Assembly: GCA_963794875.1 (NCBI GenBank)
Contig: CAWCFG010000008.1
Location: forward strand, 872-64,871
Direction: 5' to 3'
Origin: an uncultured Acidimicrobiaceae bacterium
GTDB taxonomy: Bacteria; Actinomycetota; Acidimicrobiia; Acidimicrobiales; RAAP-2
Length of the DNA stretch: 64,000 nucleotides
The notes beneath the pieces were generated by a model that was not told the origin of the DNA, did not search any database, and saw only the letters and a list, made by a program, of their open reading frames with translations. Positions 1 to 9,477 of this stretch are shown here, in pieces. Each line of letters starts with the position of its first letter. Position 1 is the first letter of the stretch. The position numbers and the translations under genes are program-made.

Positions 1-168
1 TTCGCGAAGTTTGGCAAGGTGCTTCGTCTGATGGAGGAGCGCAAGCACCTCACGGTTTCCGGTTTGATTGAAATCGGGGAAATAGCGCAGACGATGAATC
101 ATCAAAAGCCATCTGAAGTCCTGAGAATCCTCAGAGACCAAACGCCGACCACCTCACAGGAAATATAG
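1..168 (+). CDS. Intron-encoded LAGLIDADG-type homing endonuclease, C-terminal 55 codons only (5' partial)
   Basis: Frame 1 is open from base 1 to TAG at 166-168: FAKFGKVLRLMEERKHLTVSGLIEIGEIAQTMNHQKPSEVLRILRDQTPTTSQEI. The KHLTxxGLxxIxxIxxxMN and SExxRxxxD pattern matches C-termini of rRNA-intron LAGLIDADG enzymes (I-CreI-like) as I remember them. The ORF runs into the intron core and stops in the P8 loop. Confidence 0.55.
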   Translation, partial: FAKFGKVLRLMEERKHLTVSGLIEIGEIAQTMNHQKPSEVLRILRDQTPTTSQEI

Positions 169-285
169 GTAGTCCCTGTGAGATGAAGTTATGGTCCGGT
201 CCCTACGGCGACGTAGGGAGATCAGCGGAAACGACTGGTCCGCTAATCACTCGAATAACTTTGAGTGATTGGTTGTAACAGCTTG
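1..285 (+). mobile_element. Group I intron, 3' part (5' end outside window), inserted after the equivalent of E. coli 23S U1931
   Basis: Non-rRNA sequence runs up to G285 and is followed by exon agcgaaattcc (A1932 onward by my own count from helix 69). Group I core elements are present: R-like cctcagagaccaaac (128-142), S-like gaagttatggtcc (185-197), P8 hairpin ctcacagg/cctgtgag (153-182), and a GCGA-tetraloop hairpin ccctacg-gcga-cgtaggg (201-218). The terminal nucleotide is G. Confidence 0.75.
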
Positions 286-332
<47 letters not shown>

Positions 333-590
333 CGACTTTCCTACTGTCTCAACCACAGACCCGGCGAAATTGAAGTACGAGTAAAGATGCTCGTTAGCTG
401 CATCAGGACGGAAAGACCCCGTGGACCTTTACTACAGCTTGATGTTGAGTTTTGGTACTATTTGTGTAGGATAGGTGGGAGACTTTGAAGCGTTGGCGCT
501 AGCCAGTGTGGAGTCAACCTTGAAATACCACCCTTTTAGTGCCGGGACTCTAACCTCGGTCCGTGATCCGGATCAGGAACAGCGTCAGGT

Positions 591-622
<32 letters not shown>

Positions 623-841
623 ATGTAACGGAGGCGCCCAAAGGTTCCCTCAGGCTGGTTGGCAATCAGCTGTCGAGTGCAATGGCAAAAGGGAGCTTGA
701 CTGCGAGACCTACAAGTCGAGCAGGTGCGAAAGCAGGGCATAGTGATCCAGCGGTTGCTTATGGAAGCGCCGTTGCTCAACGGATAAAAGGTACCCCGGG
801 GATAACAGGCTCATCTTCCCCAAGAGTCCATATCGACGGGA

Positions 842-887
<46 letters not shown>

Positions 888-888
888 C

Positions 889-924
<36 letters not shown>

Positions 925-958
925 TACGCGAGCTGGGTTTAGAACGTCGTGAGACAGT

Positions 959-1239
959 GGTTTAAACCGCGCTGTCTATAAACTTGGCTATATGCTGGAA
1001 ACACCGAAGTATCCTGCGCTACTCGTTCTCTATAAAGGAGAGCAGTGAAAATGTGTCAGGTGCGGTCAATCAGCAGGAAAGACTGGAATCTATGTGATTC
1101 CAGAATCCTCAGAGACCATATGCCAAGCACCTTCGCAACCTTGTGAAGGTGAAGATATGGTCCGATCTGCATGGCGACATGCAGAGCCAGGCAGAAATGT
1201 CCTGGCCCCCGGCCGATTTGGTCGGTGGTAACAAGAATG
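959..1239 (+). mobile_element. ORF-less group I intron (281 nt) in 23S rRNA between gagacagU and Ucggtccc (about E. coli U2604/U2605 by my count)
   Basis: The two exon halves are contiguous in other bacterial 23S genes. The 5' exon ends in U958 and the intron ends in G1239. P1 pairs exon agacagt (952-958) with intron gctgtct (971-977), giving a U-G wobble at the splice site. R cctcagagaccata (1108-1121) pairs with S gatatggtc (1154-1162) to form P7. A P8 hairpin lies at 1128-1151 and a GCGA tetraloop hairpin at 1167-1184. Confidence 0.8.
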
Positions 1240-1640
1240 TCGGTCCCTATCCGATGCAGCCGTAGGAGATTTGAGAAAGGCTGTCCCTAGTACGAGAGGA
1301 CCGGGACGGACGTAGCTCTCGTGTGCCAGTTGTCCTGCCAAGGGCACGGCTGGTTTGCGACCTACGGGTGGGATAAGCGCTGAAAGCATCTAAGTGCGAA
1401 GCCCGTTTCGAGATGAAATCTCCCACAGGGTTAACCTGGTAAGGCCCGTGGCTAGACGACCACGTTGATAGGCCGGAGGTGTAAGTGCAGCAATGCATTC
1501 AGCCGACCGGTACTAATCGGCCGAGGGCTTGGAGACCTACTCGCTCGTGCTCGCTTTGGAACGCTCAGGGGCTGCGGAAACGCAGCCTCAGGCGTGGCCC
1601 TGCCCGTGATCGGGTGGTCGTGCCCCGCTGAGTGCAAGAT

Positions 1641-1758
1641 TTCCGGTGGCCATGGCGGCGGGGAAACACCCGTTCCCATTCCGAACACGGCAGTTAAGCC
1701 CGCCCGCGCCGATGGTACTTGGGGGGAGGCCCCCTGGGAGAGTAGGTCGCCGCCGGGA
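1641..1758 (+). rRNA. rrf: 5S rRNA
   Basis: ttccggtggccatggcggcggggaaacacccgttcccattccgaacacggcagttaagccc...gggagagtaggtcgccgccggga matches the bacterial 5S consensus, and the 5' and 3' ends pair as helix I. Confidence 0.92.
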
Positions 1759-1764
1759 TTTCTC

Positions 1765-1803
1765 ACGAAACCCCCTCTGAGCTTCGGCTCGAGGGGGTTT
1801 CGT
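1765..1803 (+). terminator. rrn operon terminator hairpin
   Basis: A 13-bp stem acgaaaccccctc/gagggggtttcgt encloses a gagc-ttcg-gctc mini-hairpin, immediately after 5S. Confidence 0.6.
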
Positions 1804-1931
1804 ACGTTCAGGGCCCAGATTGCACCCCGGTTCGCTTGCCGATCGCCGAGGGGAGTTCGCTCCGCTGCGATACTGCCGCCCATGCGGAGCGTGTCGGAGC
1901 CGGGGGCATGCTCCACGAAGGAGAAGCCCGC

Positions 1932-3140
1932 ATGACGAGTCGGCGCTTGCGCGTGCTGCCGATGAGGCCGCGGGATGTCGACGAAGCGCACCGGGCCTCG
2001 ACCCCGCTCGAGCTCTTGTTCGACCTCTGCTTCGTGGTGGCGGTGTCCCAGGCGGCCGACCAGCTCCACAACGCCCTGCTGGCCGGCCACTTCCACACCG
2101 CCATCGTCGGGTACCTCACGGTGTTCTTCGGCATCTGGTGGGCCTGGGTCAACTTCACGTGGTTCGCCTCGGCCTACGACGTCGACGACCTGCTCTACCG
2201 CCTCCTGACCTTCGTGCAGATCATTGGCGTCCTGATCCTCGCCGCCGGGGTCGAGAGTGCCTTCACCAGCGGCAACTACACGGTCATGACGATCGGCTAC
2301 GTCGTGATGCGCATCGCCATGGTGGCGCAATGGCTCCGGGCCGCCTCCGGTGACCCCGCGGCTCGGCCGGCCGCACTGCGGTATGCGGCGGGCATCGCCG
2401 TCCTTCAGGTCGGCTGGGTGCTGCGACTGTTGCTCCCACCGCAGGCGGGCCTCTGGGCCTTCTACGTGCTGGCGGTGTGCGAGATGCTCGTCCCCGCCTG
2501 GGCCGAGAGGGCCGGGAACGGGGCAGGCACCCCATGGCATCCCGGCCACATCACTGAGCGCTACGGGCTGTTCACCCTGATTGTGCTCGGCGAGTGCATC
2601 GCCGCGGTGACGGTGGCCATCCACGGCGCGAGCTCGGCGCACGGGGTGTCGGCCGGCCTGGTGGCGGTGGTGATCGGGGCCGTGCTCCTCGTCTTCTCCA
2701 TCTGGTGGTGGTACTTCGAGAACCCGGCCGAGGACGGGCTGCGCATGTCGCGCCAACTCTCCTTCGTCTGGGGCTATGGCCACTACGTCGTCCTGGGGTC
2801 GCTCGGGGCGCTGGGGGCCGGCCTCGAGCTGGCGGCGGATGGCGCCCACGGAGCGGTGTCGTCCACGATCGCCACCACGGCTGGACTGGCCGTGGCAGTT
2901 CCGGTGGCGGCGTATCTCGTCGTGACCGGCGTGCTGCAGGGCGGGCTCGCGTCGCAGCGGGCAGGGCGGGTCACGATAGTCGTGGTCGCGTCCGCCGCGG
3001 TGCTGGTGCTCGGCGGAACGGCCAGCGCGCTGGGCGTTGGGGTGGTCACCCTCCTGATGGGCGTCGTCGTTGCCGCTCTCGTGGTGACGGACGAGCTCCG
3101 CGGTGACCTTCGGCCGCCGAGAGGCGCAGGCGTCGTGTGA
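1932..3140 (+). CDS. Low-temperature-requirement A (LtrA) family integral membrane protein
   Basis: ORF 1836..3140. ATG 1932 gives MTSRRLRVLPMRPRDVDEAHRASTPLELLFDLCFVVAVSQ, the LtrA-type N-terminal motif, followed by many TM segments. Confidence 0.7.
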   Translation: MTSRRLRVLPMRPRDVDEAHRASTPLELLFDLCFVVAVSQAADQLHNALLAGHFHTAIVGYLTVFFGIWWAWVNFTWFASAYDVDDLLYRLLTFVQIIGVLILAAGVESAFTSGNYTVMTIGYVVMRIAMVAQWLRAASGDPAARPAALRYAAGIAVLQVGWVLRLLLPPQAGLWAFYVLAVCEMLVPAWAERAGNGAGTPWHPGHITERYGLFTLIVLGECIAAVTVAIHGASSAHGVSAGLVAVVIGAVLLVFSIWWWYFENPAEDGLRMSRQLSFVWGYGHYVVLGSLGALGAGLELAADGAHGAVSSTIATTAGLAVAVPVAAYLVVTGVLQGGLASQRAGRVTIVVVASAAVLVLGGTASALGVGVVTLLMGVVVAALVVTDELRGDLRPPRGAGVV

Positions 3141-3207
3141 CACCGCCATGCCAGGTGCGCCCTGCGGCGACACGGGTGCCCGCGACCTGGACACGTAGAA
3201 TCACCTG

Positions 3208-4728
3208 ATGCCGCAGAACTCCTCCCAGCCGAATCGCCGCGCCTCGTCGGCGCGGTCGGGCGGCTCGGCTCGTCCACCGGCCCGGTCAGGCGGCGGGGGG
3301 CAGGGGAGTCGTGGCGGTGCGGGCCGACCGTCCTCCCGTAACGCAAGTGGCGCCGGAGGTGCTGGCGGTGGGGCGCGGCGCCCTGCCAAGAGCGGCGGCA
3401 CCCGGAGTGGTGCGCCGAGCCGTGGCGCCACTGGCGGTACCGGCGGCACCAGAGGTACGGGAGGACGAAGCAGCACAAGCAGTGCCGGACGCACGGGCGG
3501 CGCCGGACGCAGTGCAGGGGGAGCACCGGCGCGGTCGTCGGGAAAGAGCGCCGGCCAGGCCGGACGGCCCAGTTCAGCGAGATCACGACCAGACGGCCCG
3601 CGCTCGGGTCCGGCGCGCTCGAGTTCCCCCAGGTCGAGTTCCCCGAGGACGGGCGCGGGCAGATCTGGGCCACCAGCCCGGAGCGGCGCCCCCCGCAGCA
3701 CGGCCACCCCCCGCGACGAGCGCCCTCCGTTGCCCCGCAAGGCGGCGGGCTGGGGCAACGTCGCCCGCCGGGGCGCCCACCAGGTCAGCAAGCGGGACGG
3801 CGAGGAGCGGGGCCGGGACGAATCCGACGAGCGAGAGCGCCGCCGTGGTGCGCCGCGACCGAAGGCACAAGCACAATGGAAGCGGGACGACGGCGCCCCG
3901 GAGTGGGAGGACCTCGACGCACCGACCCGTAAGGGCAAGGCACGCGGGCGACTCGCCACCGGCAGCGCCGTCGAGGCCATCGCCACCCTCACGCAGCGTC
4001 ATTCGCTGCCACCCGAGATCGCCGCCGATATCCGCAACGCGGCCGACATCGCGACGGTCCGCCACCGCGAGCATCTCGTCGAGCGGGCCGAGTCGGCCTA
4101 CGGCGCCTACGAGCGCGGCCGCTTCCAAGATGCGATGCGAGCCATCAAGCCGGTGGCCGACGAGGCCCCCGGCGTGGCCGCCGTGCGTGAGCTGGCCGGC
4201 CTCGCCGCCTACCGGTGTGGTCGCTGGCGCTCGGCCGCCGGCCACCTCGAGGCGTTCGGGCGGATGAGCGACTCGGCGGAGCACCTCCCGGTCCTCATGG
4301 ACTGCCAGCGGGCGCTCCACAAGCCGAAGAAGGTGGCCGCCCTGTGGGCGGAGCTGCGGCAGAGCTCGCCCGATCCCGACGTCCTGGCTGAAGGGCGGAT
4401 TGTGGCGGCGGCGTCGTTGGCTGACTCGGGTGACCTCAACGGGGCCATCGCCATGTTGTCGACCGCTGGCGCGTCCAAGGCACTGCGCAACCCCTCGGAA
4501 CGCCACGTCCGGCAGTGGTACCTGCTGGCCGACCTGTACGAACGGGCCGGCGACGTCCCTAAGGCGCGGGAGTACTTCGAGCGGGTGTTTCGCACCGACG
4601 CCGAGGCCTACGACGTGGCCGAGCGCCTGCGCGGCCTCGGTCCCGAGCGCAAGCCCAGGGCGCCCCGGCGCACCAAGGCCAAGACGTCGAAATCGACCAA
4701 GACCGGCCCGCCCATCGACAAGGGCTGA
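3208..4728 (+). CDS. Hypothetical protein with an Arg/Gly/Ser-rich disordered N-terminal half and a TPR-like helical C-terminal half
   Basis: 506-aa ORF. The N-terminal ~250 aa are RGG/SRG low complexity. The C-terminal region (AYRCGRWRSAAGHLEAF...LADLYERAGDVPKAREYFERVFRTD) looks like TPR repeats. Confidence 0.6.
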   Translation: MPQNSSQPNRRASSARSGGSARPPARSGGGGQGSRGGAGRPSSRNASGAGGAGGGARRPAKSGGTRSGAPSRGATGGTGGTRGTGGRSSTSSAGRTGGAGRSAGGAPARSSGKSAGQAGRPSSARSRPDGPRSGPARSSSPRSSSPRTGAGRSGPPARSGAPRSTATPRDERPPLPRKAAGWGNVARRGAHQVSKRDGEERGRDESDERERRRGAPRPKAQAQWKRDDGAPEWEDLDAPTRKGKARGRLATGSAVEAIATLTQRHSLPPEIAADIRNAADIATVRHREHLVERAESAYGAYERGRFQDAMRAIKPVADEAPGVAAVRELAGLAAYRCGRWRSAAGHLEAFGRMSDSAEHLPVLMDCQRALHKPKKVAALWAELRQSSPDPDVLAEGRIVAAASLADSGDLNGAIAMLSTAGASKALRNPSERHVRQWYLLADLYERAGDVPKAREYFERVFRTDAEAYDVAERLRGLGPERKPRAPRRTKAKTSKSTKTGPPIDKG

Positions 4729-4799
4729 CAGCTGTATAGACCCACTAGACACCTAGTGGGTCTGTACAGTCCCCCGCAGCTTCGCCGGTCGCCGGTCGT

Positions 4800-6138
4800 T
4801 CAGGGCGCCGGCGCCGCCGGAACAGTCGTCGCGGTCGCTGGAGCCACTGGTGCAGTGGTCGTCGTCGCCGGGGGAGCGGTGGTCGTCGTCGTGGTCGTGG
4901 GTGGCGGTGCGGTCCCGAGGTCCGGTCCGATCACCGTCACCAGGGTGCCGATCGGTGTGAGCGGCCAGACCAGCGCCGCGTTGGCGTAGCTCATCTCGAC
5001 GCAGCCGTTGCTCTGGGGGGTCCCGTAGGAGGACCGGATGAAGCCGTGCAACGCATCGCCGCCGTTGAAGTAACTGGCGTAGGGGACGTTGGGGTCGTCG
5101 TAGGTGGAGCCGTCGACGTTGGTCCCCTTCATTTCCGAGTACCGCACGTGCTCGAAGACGGCGTAGGTGCCGTCGGTGGTGTCGGCGCCGGGCGCGCCGC
5201 TGTTGATCGGCACGGTGTACTGGACCGTCCCGTTGTTCCAGAGGGTCAGGGTTTGGGGGACCACTTTGTTCACGAGGACGTAGACGTAGGGCGTAGCGCT
5301 CGGCTTGTTGTTGATGACGTCGTTGAGCAGTGAGGTCCAGACGGTGGGGCCGGGGATCCCGTCCACGCCGATGCTGTTCTGGGTCTCGAAGGCCTCGACC
5401 GCGGCCTTGGTGATCTGGTTCATGGTGCCCTGGGTCCACTGCGAGGTGAGCTGTGTCGGCAGGTTGGGCCAGCGCCAGGTGAAGGCGCCCGCCTGGTCCT
5501 CTGCCAGGTCGGCATTGGTGGGAGCCGGGCCGCTGGGGGAGAAGCGCGACCGGCAGGTAGTCGAGCTGGGCCAGGAGCTGTTGGAGCCGGAGGGCATCGC
5601 CGGCCGCCACCTCGAAGGCCACCGAATGCGAGGAAGGCAGTGTGGCTCCGCCCGTCGACTGCAGCCCGTTCGTCCCGCCGGGGATGGTCACCACGACCTG
5701 GGAGGAGGGGATGAGGGGGGAGTCGAGGGCGTAGGTCAGGGTGGTGGCGCTCGTCTGGACCCACTTGCCGGCGATGGCGGGTGTCAGCGTCGGCGCCGCT
5801 TTCTTCAGCGAGACCGGGGCCGAGAATTGCAGCGAGATGCTTGTGTTCGCCGCCACGTTCTGCGTCCCCGCTGCGGGGGTGGTGGACTTCAAGAAGAACG
5901 AGGCCGAGCTCGCGCCACCGGAGCCCTTTGCTGCCGCGCCAGACCCGTTCGCGCTCGAGGCGCTCGTGGGGCCCGACTGCTTCGGTGTGGACCCACTGGT
6001 GACAATGAGCGCCACCACGATGACCACGACGACCGTCGCCGCGCCGACCACGAGCACCCACAGGCGCAGAAGCAACGGCCGGCCGGCCCGGGACTCGAGA
6101 ACGTTCATGGCCTCCACTTGCTCAAGACGTCGCCTCAC
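4800..6138 (-). pseudogene. L,D-transpeptidase (YkuD domain) with N-terminal TM anchor, split by a 1-nt frameshift near 5547
   Basis: The N-terminal part lies in ORF 4753..6138 (TM segment, Ig-like region, LRLQQLLAQLDYLPV). The C-terminal part lies in ORF 4800..5597 (FSPSGPAPTNADL...HGFIRSSYGTPQSNGCVEM, the catalytic H/C motif). Confidence 0.8.
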
Positions 6139-6287
6139 TCGAAACTGGCTCCATCAGCGTATGGGCCGCACCGTGGCGCGATGCGTCATGGGTGGCAGAA
6201 TTGCGACGAATTCCAGGCGTCGTCGGCGTGACACACGGGGTGCGGATCGACGGGCGCCCCAGGGGAGTGCGTTGACCCTCCGGTAGC

Positions 6288-7367
6288 ATGACCCCCATGA
6301 GCACGAGCACATCGAGCACCGACCTCCAGGCGCTTCTCGGCGCCGATGCGGACGCCCTCCTCGGCTACACGGCCAAGGCGTTCCCGTCGGAGCACCTGAC
6401 CCTCCCGGGCCCCGACTACCTCGACCGGGTCTTCACCGACAGCGACCGCAATCCGACCGTGTTGCGCAACCTGGGCACGCTGTTCAACCACGGTCGACTC
6501 GGCGGCACCGGCTACGTCTCCATCCTCCCGGTCGACCAGGGCATCGAGCACTCGGCGGCGGCGAGCTTCTCAAAGAACCCGGCCTACTTCGACCCGCTGA
6601 ACATCATTGAGCTCGCGCTCGCCGGCGACTGCAACGCGGTCGCCACCACGCTGGGCACGCTCGGTCTGGCCTCGCGCAGGTACGTGCACCGGATCCCTTT
6701 CATCGTGAAGCTGAACCACAACGCCTTCCTGCACGTGCCCAACACCTACGACCAGATCATGTTCGGCTCCGTGAGTCAGGCCTTCGATCTGGGGGCCGTC
6801 GGGGTGGGCGCCACCATCTATTTCGGGTCCGACGACATGGACCGCGAGCTCCAGCAGGTATCCGACGCCTTCGCCGAGGCCCACCAGCTCGGGATGTTCA
6901 CAGTGCTGTGGTGCTACCTGCGCAACGCAGCCTTCACGAAGGATGGCGTCAACTACGAGGTCTCGGCCGACCTCACCGGCCAGGCCAACCATCTGGGCGT
7001 GACGATCGAGGCCGACATCATCAAGCAGAAGCAGCCGGAGAACAACGGCGGCTACACGGCCGTTGGCTTCGGCCGGACCGACCCTCTCGTCTACGACGAG
7101 CTCACCACGGACAACCCGATCGACCTCACCCGCTGGCAGGTCGTCAACTGCTACGCCGGCCGCATCGGCCTCATCAATTCCGGCGGGGAGTCCAAGGGCG
7201 ACAGCGACCGGGCCCAGGCCGTCCGCACCGCCGTCATCAACAAGCGCGCCGGCGGCATGGGCCTCATCGTCGGCCGCAAGGCCTTCCAGCGGCCGATGGC
7301 CGAGGGCGCCGCCCTGATCCACACCATTCAGGACGTGTACCTCGACAAGGACGTCACGATCGCCTGA
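6288..7367 (+). CDS. fbaB: Class I fructose-bisphosphate aldolase (FbaB/DhnA type)
   Basis: 359 aa, collinear with E. coli FbaB as I recall it ([69 protein letters not shown]). Confidence 0.9.
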   Translation: MTPMSTSTSSTDLQALLGADADALLGYTAKAFPSEHLTLPGPDYLDRVFTDSDRNPTVLRNLGTLFNHGRLGGTGYVSILPVDQGIEHSAAASFSKNPAYFDPLNIIELALAGDCNAVATTLGTLGLASRRYVHRIPFIVKLNHNAFLHVPNTYDQIMFGSVSQAFDLGAVGVGATIYFGSDDMDRELQQVSDAFAEAHQLGMFTVLWCYLRNAAFTKDGVNYEVSADLTGQANHLGVTIEADIIKQKQPENNGGYTAVGFGRTDPLVYDELTTDNPIDLTRWQVVNCYAGRIGLINSGGESKGDSDRAQAVRTAVINKRAGGMGLIVGRKAFQRPMAEGAALIHTIQDVYLDKDVTIA

Positions 7368-7554
7368 CCCCGATTGCCTGATCCCGATCGCCCGCCCTCC
7401 GGCGTCCGATTTCCGGGACCCACCGCGACCGCGGTCCTACATGAACAGTGAATGAAGATAACCCTGTCCGGGCCGGGGTTAGGATTGTCAGGAACGAGCA
7501 ATTCGGACGCAGAGTGCCGCGCGCCGTCGCGGCGGAGCGTGCTGGCCCGCTGGA

Positions 7555-9477
7555 GTGAGCCAAGACTCTCGACGTCCACGAGACGAGACGAGGCAGCCCG
7601 TGGCATCGGGAACGCATCACGAGACAGAGATATTGGACCAGGTCATCGTGCGTTTTGCCGGTGACTCGGGCGACGGGATGCAGCTCACGGGGGACCGTTT
7701 CACCACGAGCAGCGCCCTGCTGGGCAACGATCTGTCCACCTTCCCGGACTTCCCCGCCGAAATCAGGGCCCCCGCCGGCACCGTCAACGGGGTGTCCGCT
7801 TTCCAGGTGCACATTTCGGACCACGACATCCTCACGCCGGGCGACTCGCCCAACGTGCTGGTGGCCATGAACCCGGCGGCCCTCAAGGCCAACATCGAGC
7901 TGATGGCCAAGGGCACGGTCCTGATCGTCAACAGCGACTCCTTCGAGGAGCGTGACCTGACGAAGGCCGGCTATGCCGAGAACCCCCTGACCGACGGCTC
8001 CCTGGCCGCCTACACGGTGTACGAGGTGCCTATGACCTCCATCACCAAGGAGGTCTGCAAGGAGGCCGGGGTCAAGCCCCGCGATGCCGAGCGTTCCAAG
8101 AACTTCTTCGCGCTGGGCCTGATCAGCTGGATGTACACGCGTCCGGTCGAGCCCACCGTCGACTGGATCGGGGAGCGGTTCGGCAACCGGCCCCAGGTGG
8201 CCGACGCCAACACGCGGGCATTCCGCGCCGGGTACGACTTCGGTGAGACGGCCGAGCTCTTCGAGTCCAACTACGAGGTCCGCCCTGCCACCTTCGAGAA
8301 GGGCGAGTACGTCCAGGTCACCGGCAACCAGGCGCTGGCCTGGGGCCTCATCGCCGCCTCCCGGTTGGCCGGCCTGCCCCTGTTCTTGGGCAGCTATCCG
8401 ATCACCCCCGCCTCCGACATCCTCCACGAGCTGAGCCGGCGCAAGGAGTTCGGCGTCCGCACCTTCCAGGCCGAGGACGAGATCGCCGGCATCGGCGCTG
8501 CCCTCGGCGCGGCCTTCGGCGGTGCCCTCGGGGTCACCACGACCAGCGGCCCCGGCCTCGACCTCAAGTCCGAGACGATCGGCCTGGCCATCAACCTCGA
8601 ACTGCCGCTCGTGATCGTCGACGTCCAACGCGGCGGGCCGTCCACCGGGCTTCCCACCAAGACCGAGCAGGCCGACCTGCTGCACGCGATGTACGGCCGG
8701 CACGGCGAGGCGCCCCTTCCGATTCTGGCGCCCAAGACGCCCAGCGACTGCTTCGCCATCGCCGTCGAGGCCGTCCGCCTGGCGGTGAAGTACCGCACGC
8801 CGGTGATCGTGCTCTCCGACGGCTACCTGGCCAATGGCGCCGAGCCCTGGCGCCTGCCCGACCTCGATGCGCTCGGAACGATCGAGCCGGGCTTTGCCAC
8901 CCGACCCAACCACGTGGACGACGACGGGACCGAGACGTTCTGGCCCTACGTGCGTGACCCCGAGACCCTGGCCCGCCCCTGGGCACCACCCGGCCTGCCG
9001 GGGTTGGAGCACCGCATCGGTGGGTTGGAGAAGGCGGACGGCACGGGGAACGTCTCCTACGACGGCGTCAACCACGAGCGCATGGTCCACCTCCGTCGCG
9101 ACAAGATCGCCGGGATCGCCGGTGACATCCCGCTGACCCAGGTGGACGACGAGACCGGGGACGCCCAGCTCCTCCTCGTGAGCTGGGGCTCCACCTATGC
9201 CGCCGTGGCGGCGGGCGTCAAGCGGATCCGGGCTCGCGGCATGAAGGCGGCCCACGTCCACCTGCGCCATCTCCACCCGCTGCCGTCCAACCTGGGCGAG
9301 GTGCTGCACCGTTACTCCCAGGTGCTGGTCCCCGAGGTGAACCTCGGCCAGATGAGCCGCATTCTGCGGGCGGAGTACCTGGTGGACGCCCAGACCATGT
9401 CCAAAATGCAGGGTGTGCCGTTCCGCGTCGGAGAGATCGAGGCAGCCATCACGGCGCTGCTCGGAGGGAAGTCATGA
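7555..9477 (+). CDS. korA: 2-oxoglutarate:ferredoxin oxidoreductase subunit alpha
   Basis: 640-aa ORF with VIVRFAGDSGDGMQLTG and a PFOR alpha/gamma domain pattern. It overlaps korB by 4 nt. The exact start is uncertain. Confidence 0.85.
   Translation: MSQDSRRPRDETRQPVASGTHHETEILDQVIVRFAGDSGDGMQLTGDRFTTSSALLGNDLSTFPDFPAEIRAPAGTVNGVSAFQVHISDHDILTPGDSPNVLVAMNPAALKANIELMAKGTVLIVNSDSFEERDLTKAGYAENPLTDGSLAAYTVYEVPMTSITKEVCKEAGVKPRDAERSKNFFALGLISWMYTRPVEPTVDWIGERFGNRPQVADANTRAFRAGYDFGETAELFESNYEVRPATFEKGEYVQVTGNQALAWGLIAASRLAGLPLFLGSYPITPASDILHELSRRKEFGVRTFQAEDEIAGIGAALGAAFGGALGVTTTSGPGLDLKSETIGLAINLELPLVIVDVQRGGPSTGLPTKTEQADLLHAMYGRHGEAPLPILAPKTPSDCFAIAVEAVRLAVKYRTPVIVLSDGYLANGAEPWRLPDLDALGTIEPGFATRPNHVDDDGTETFWPYVRDPETLARPWAPPGLPGLEHRIGGLEKADGTGNVSYDGVNHERMVHLRRDKIAGIAGDIPLTQVDDETGDAQLLLVSWGSTYAAVAAGVKRIRARGMKAAHVHLRHLHPLPSNLGEVLHRYSQVLVPEVNLGQMSRILRAEYLVDAQTMSKMQGVPFRVGEIEAAITALLGGKS

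Noticed and set aside
1452-3194. 580-aa minus-strand ORF
   Set aside because: It overlaps 5S rRNA and is antisense to the LtrA-family gene. It has low-complexity R/G/P/H content.
7354-9309. 651-aa minus-strand ORF
   Set aside because: It is antisense to korA and is a high-GC open-frame artefact.
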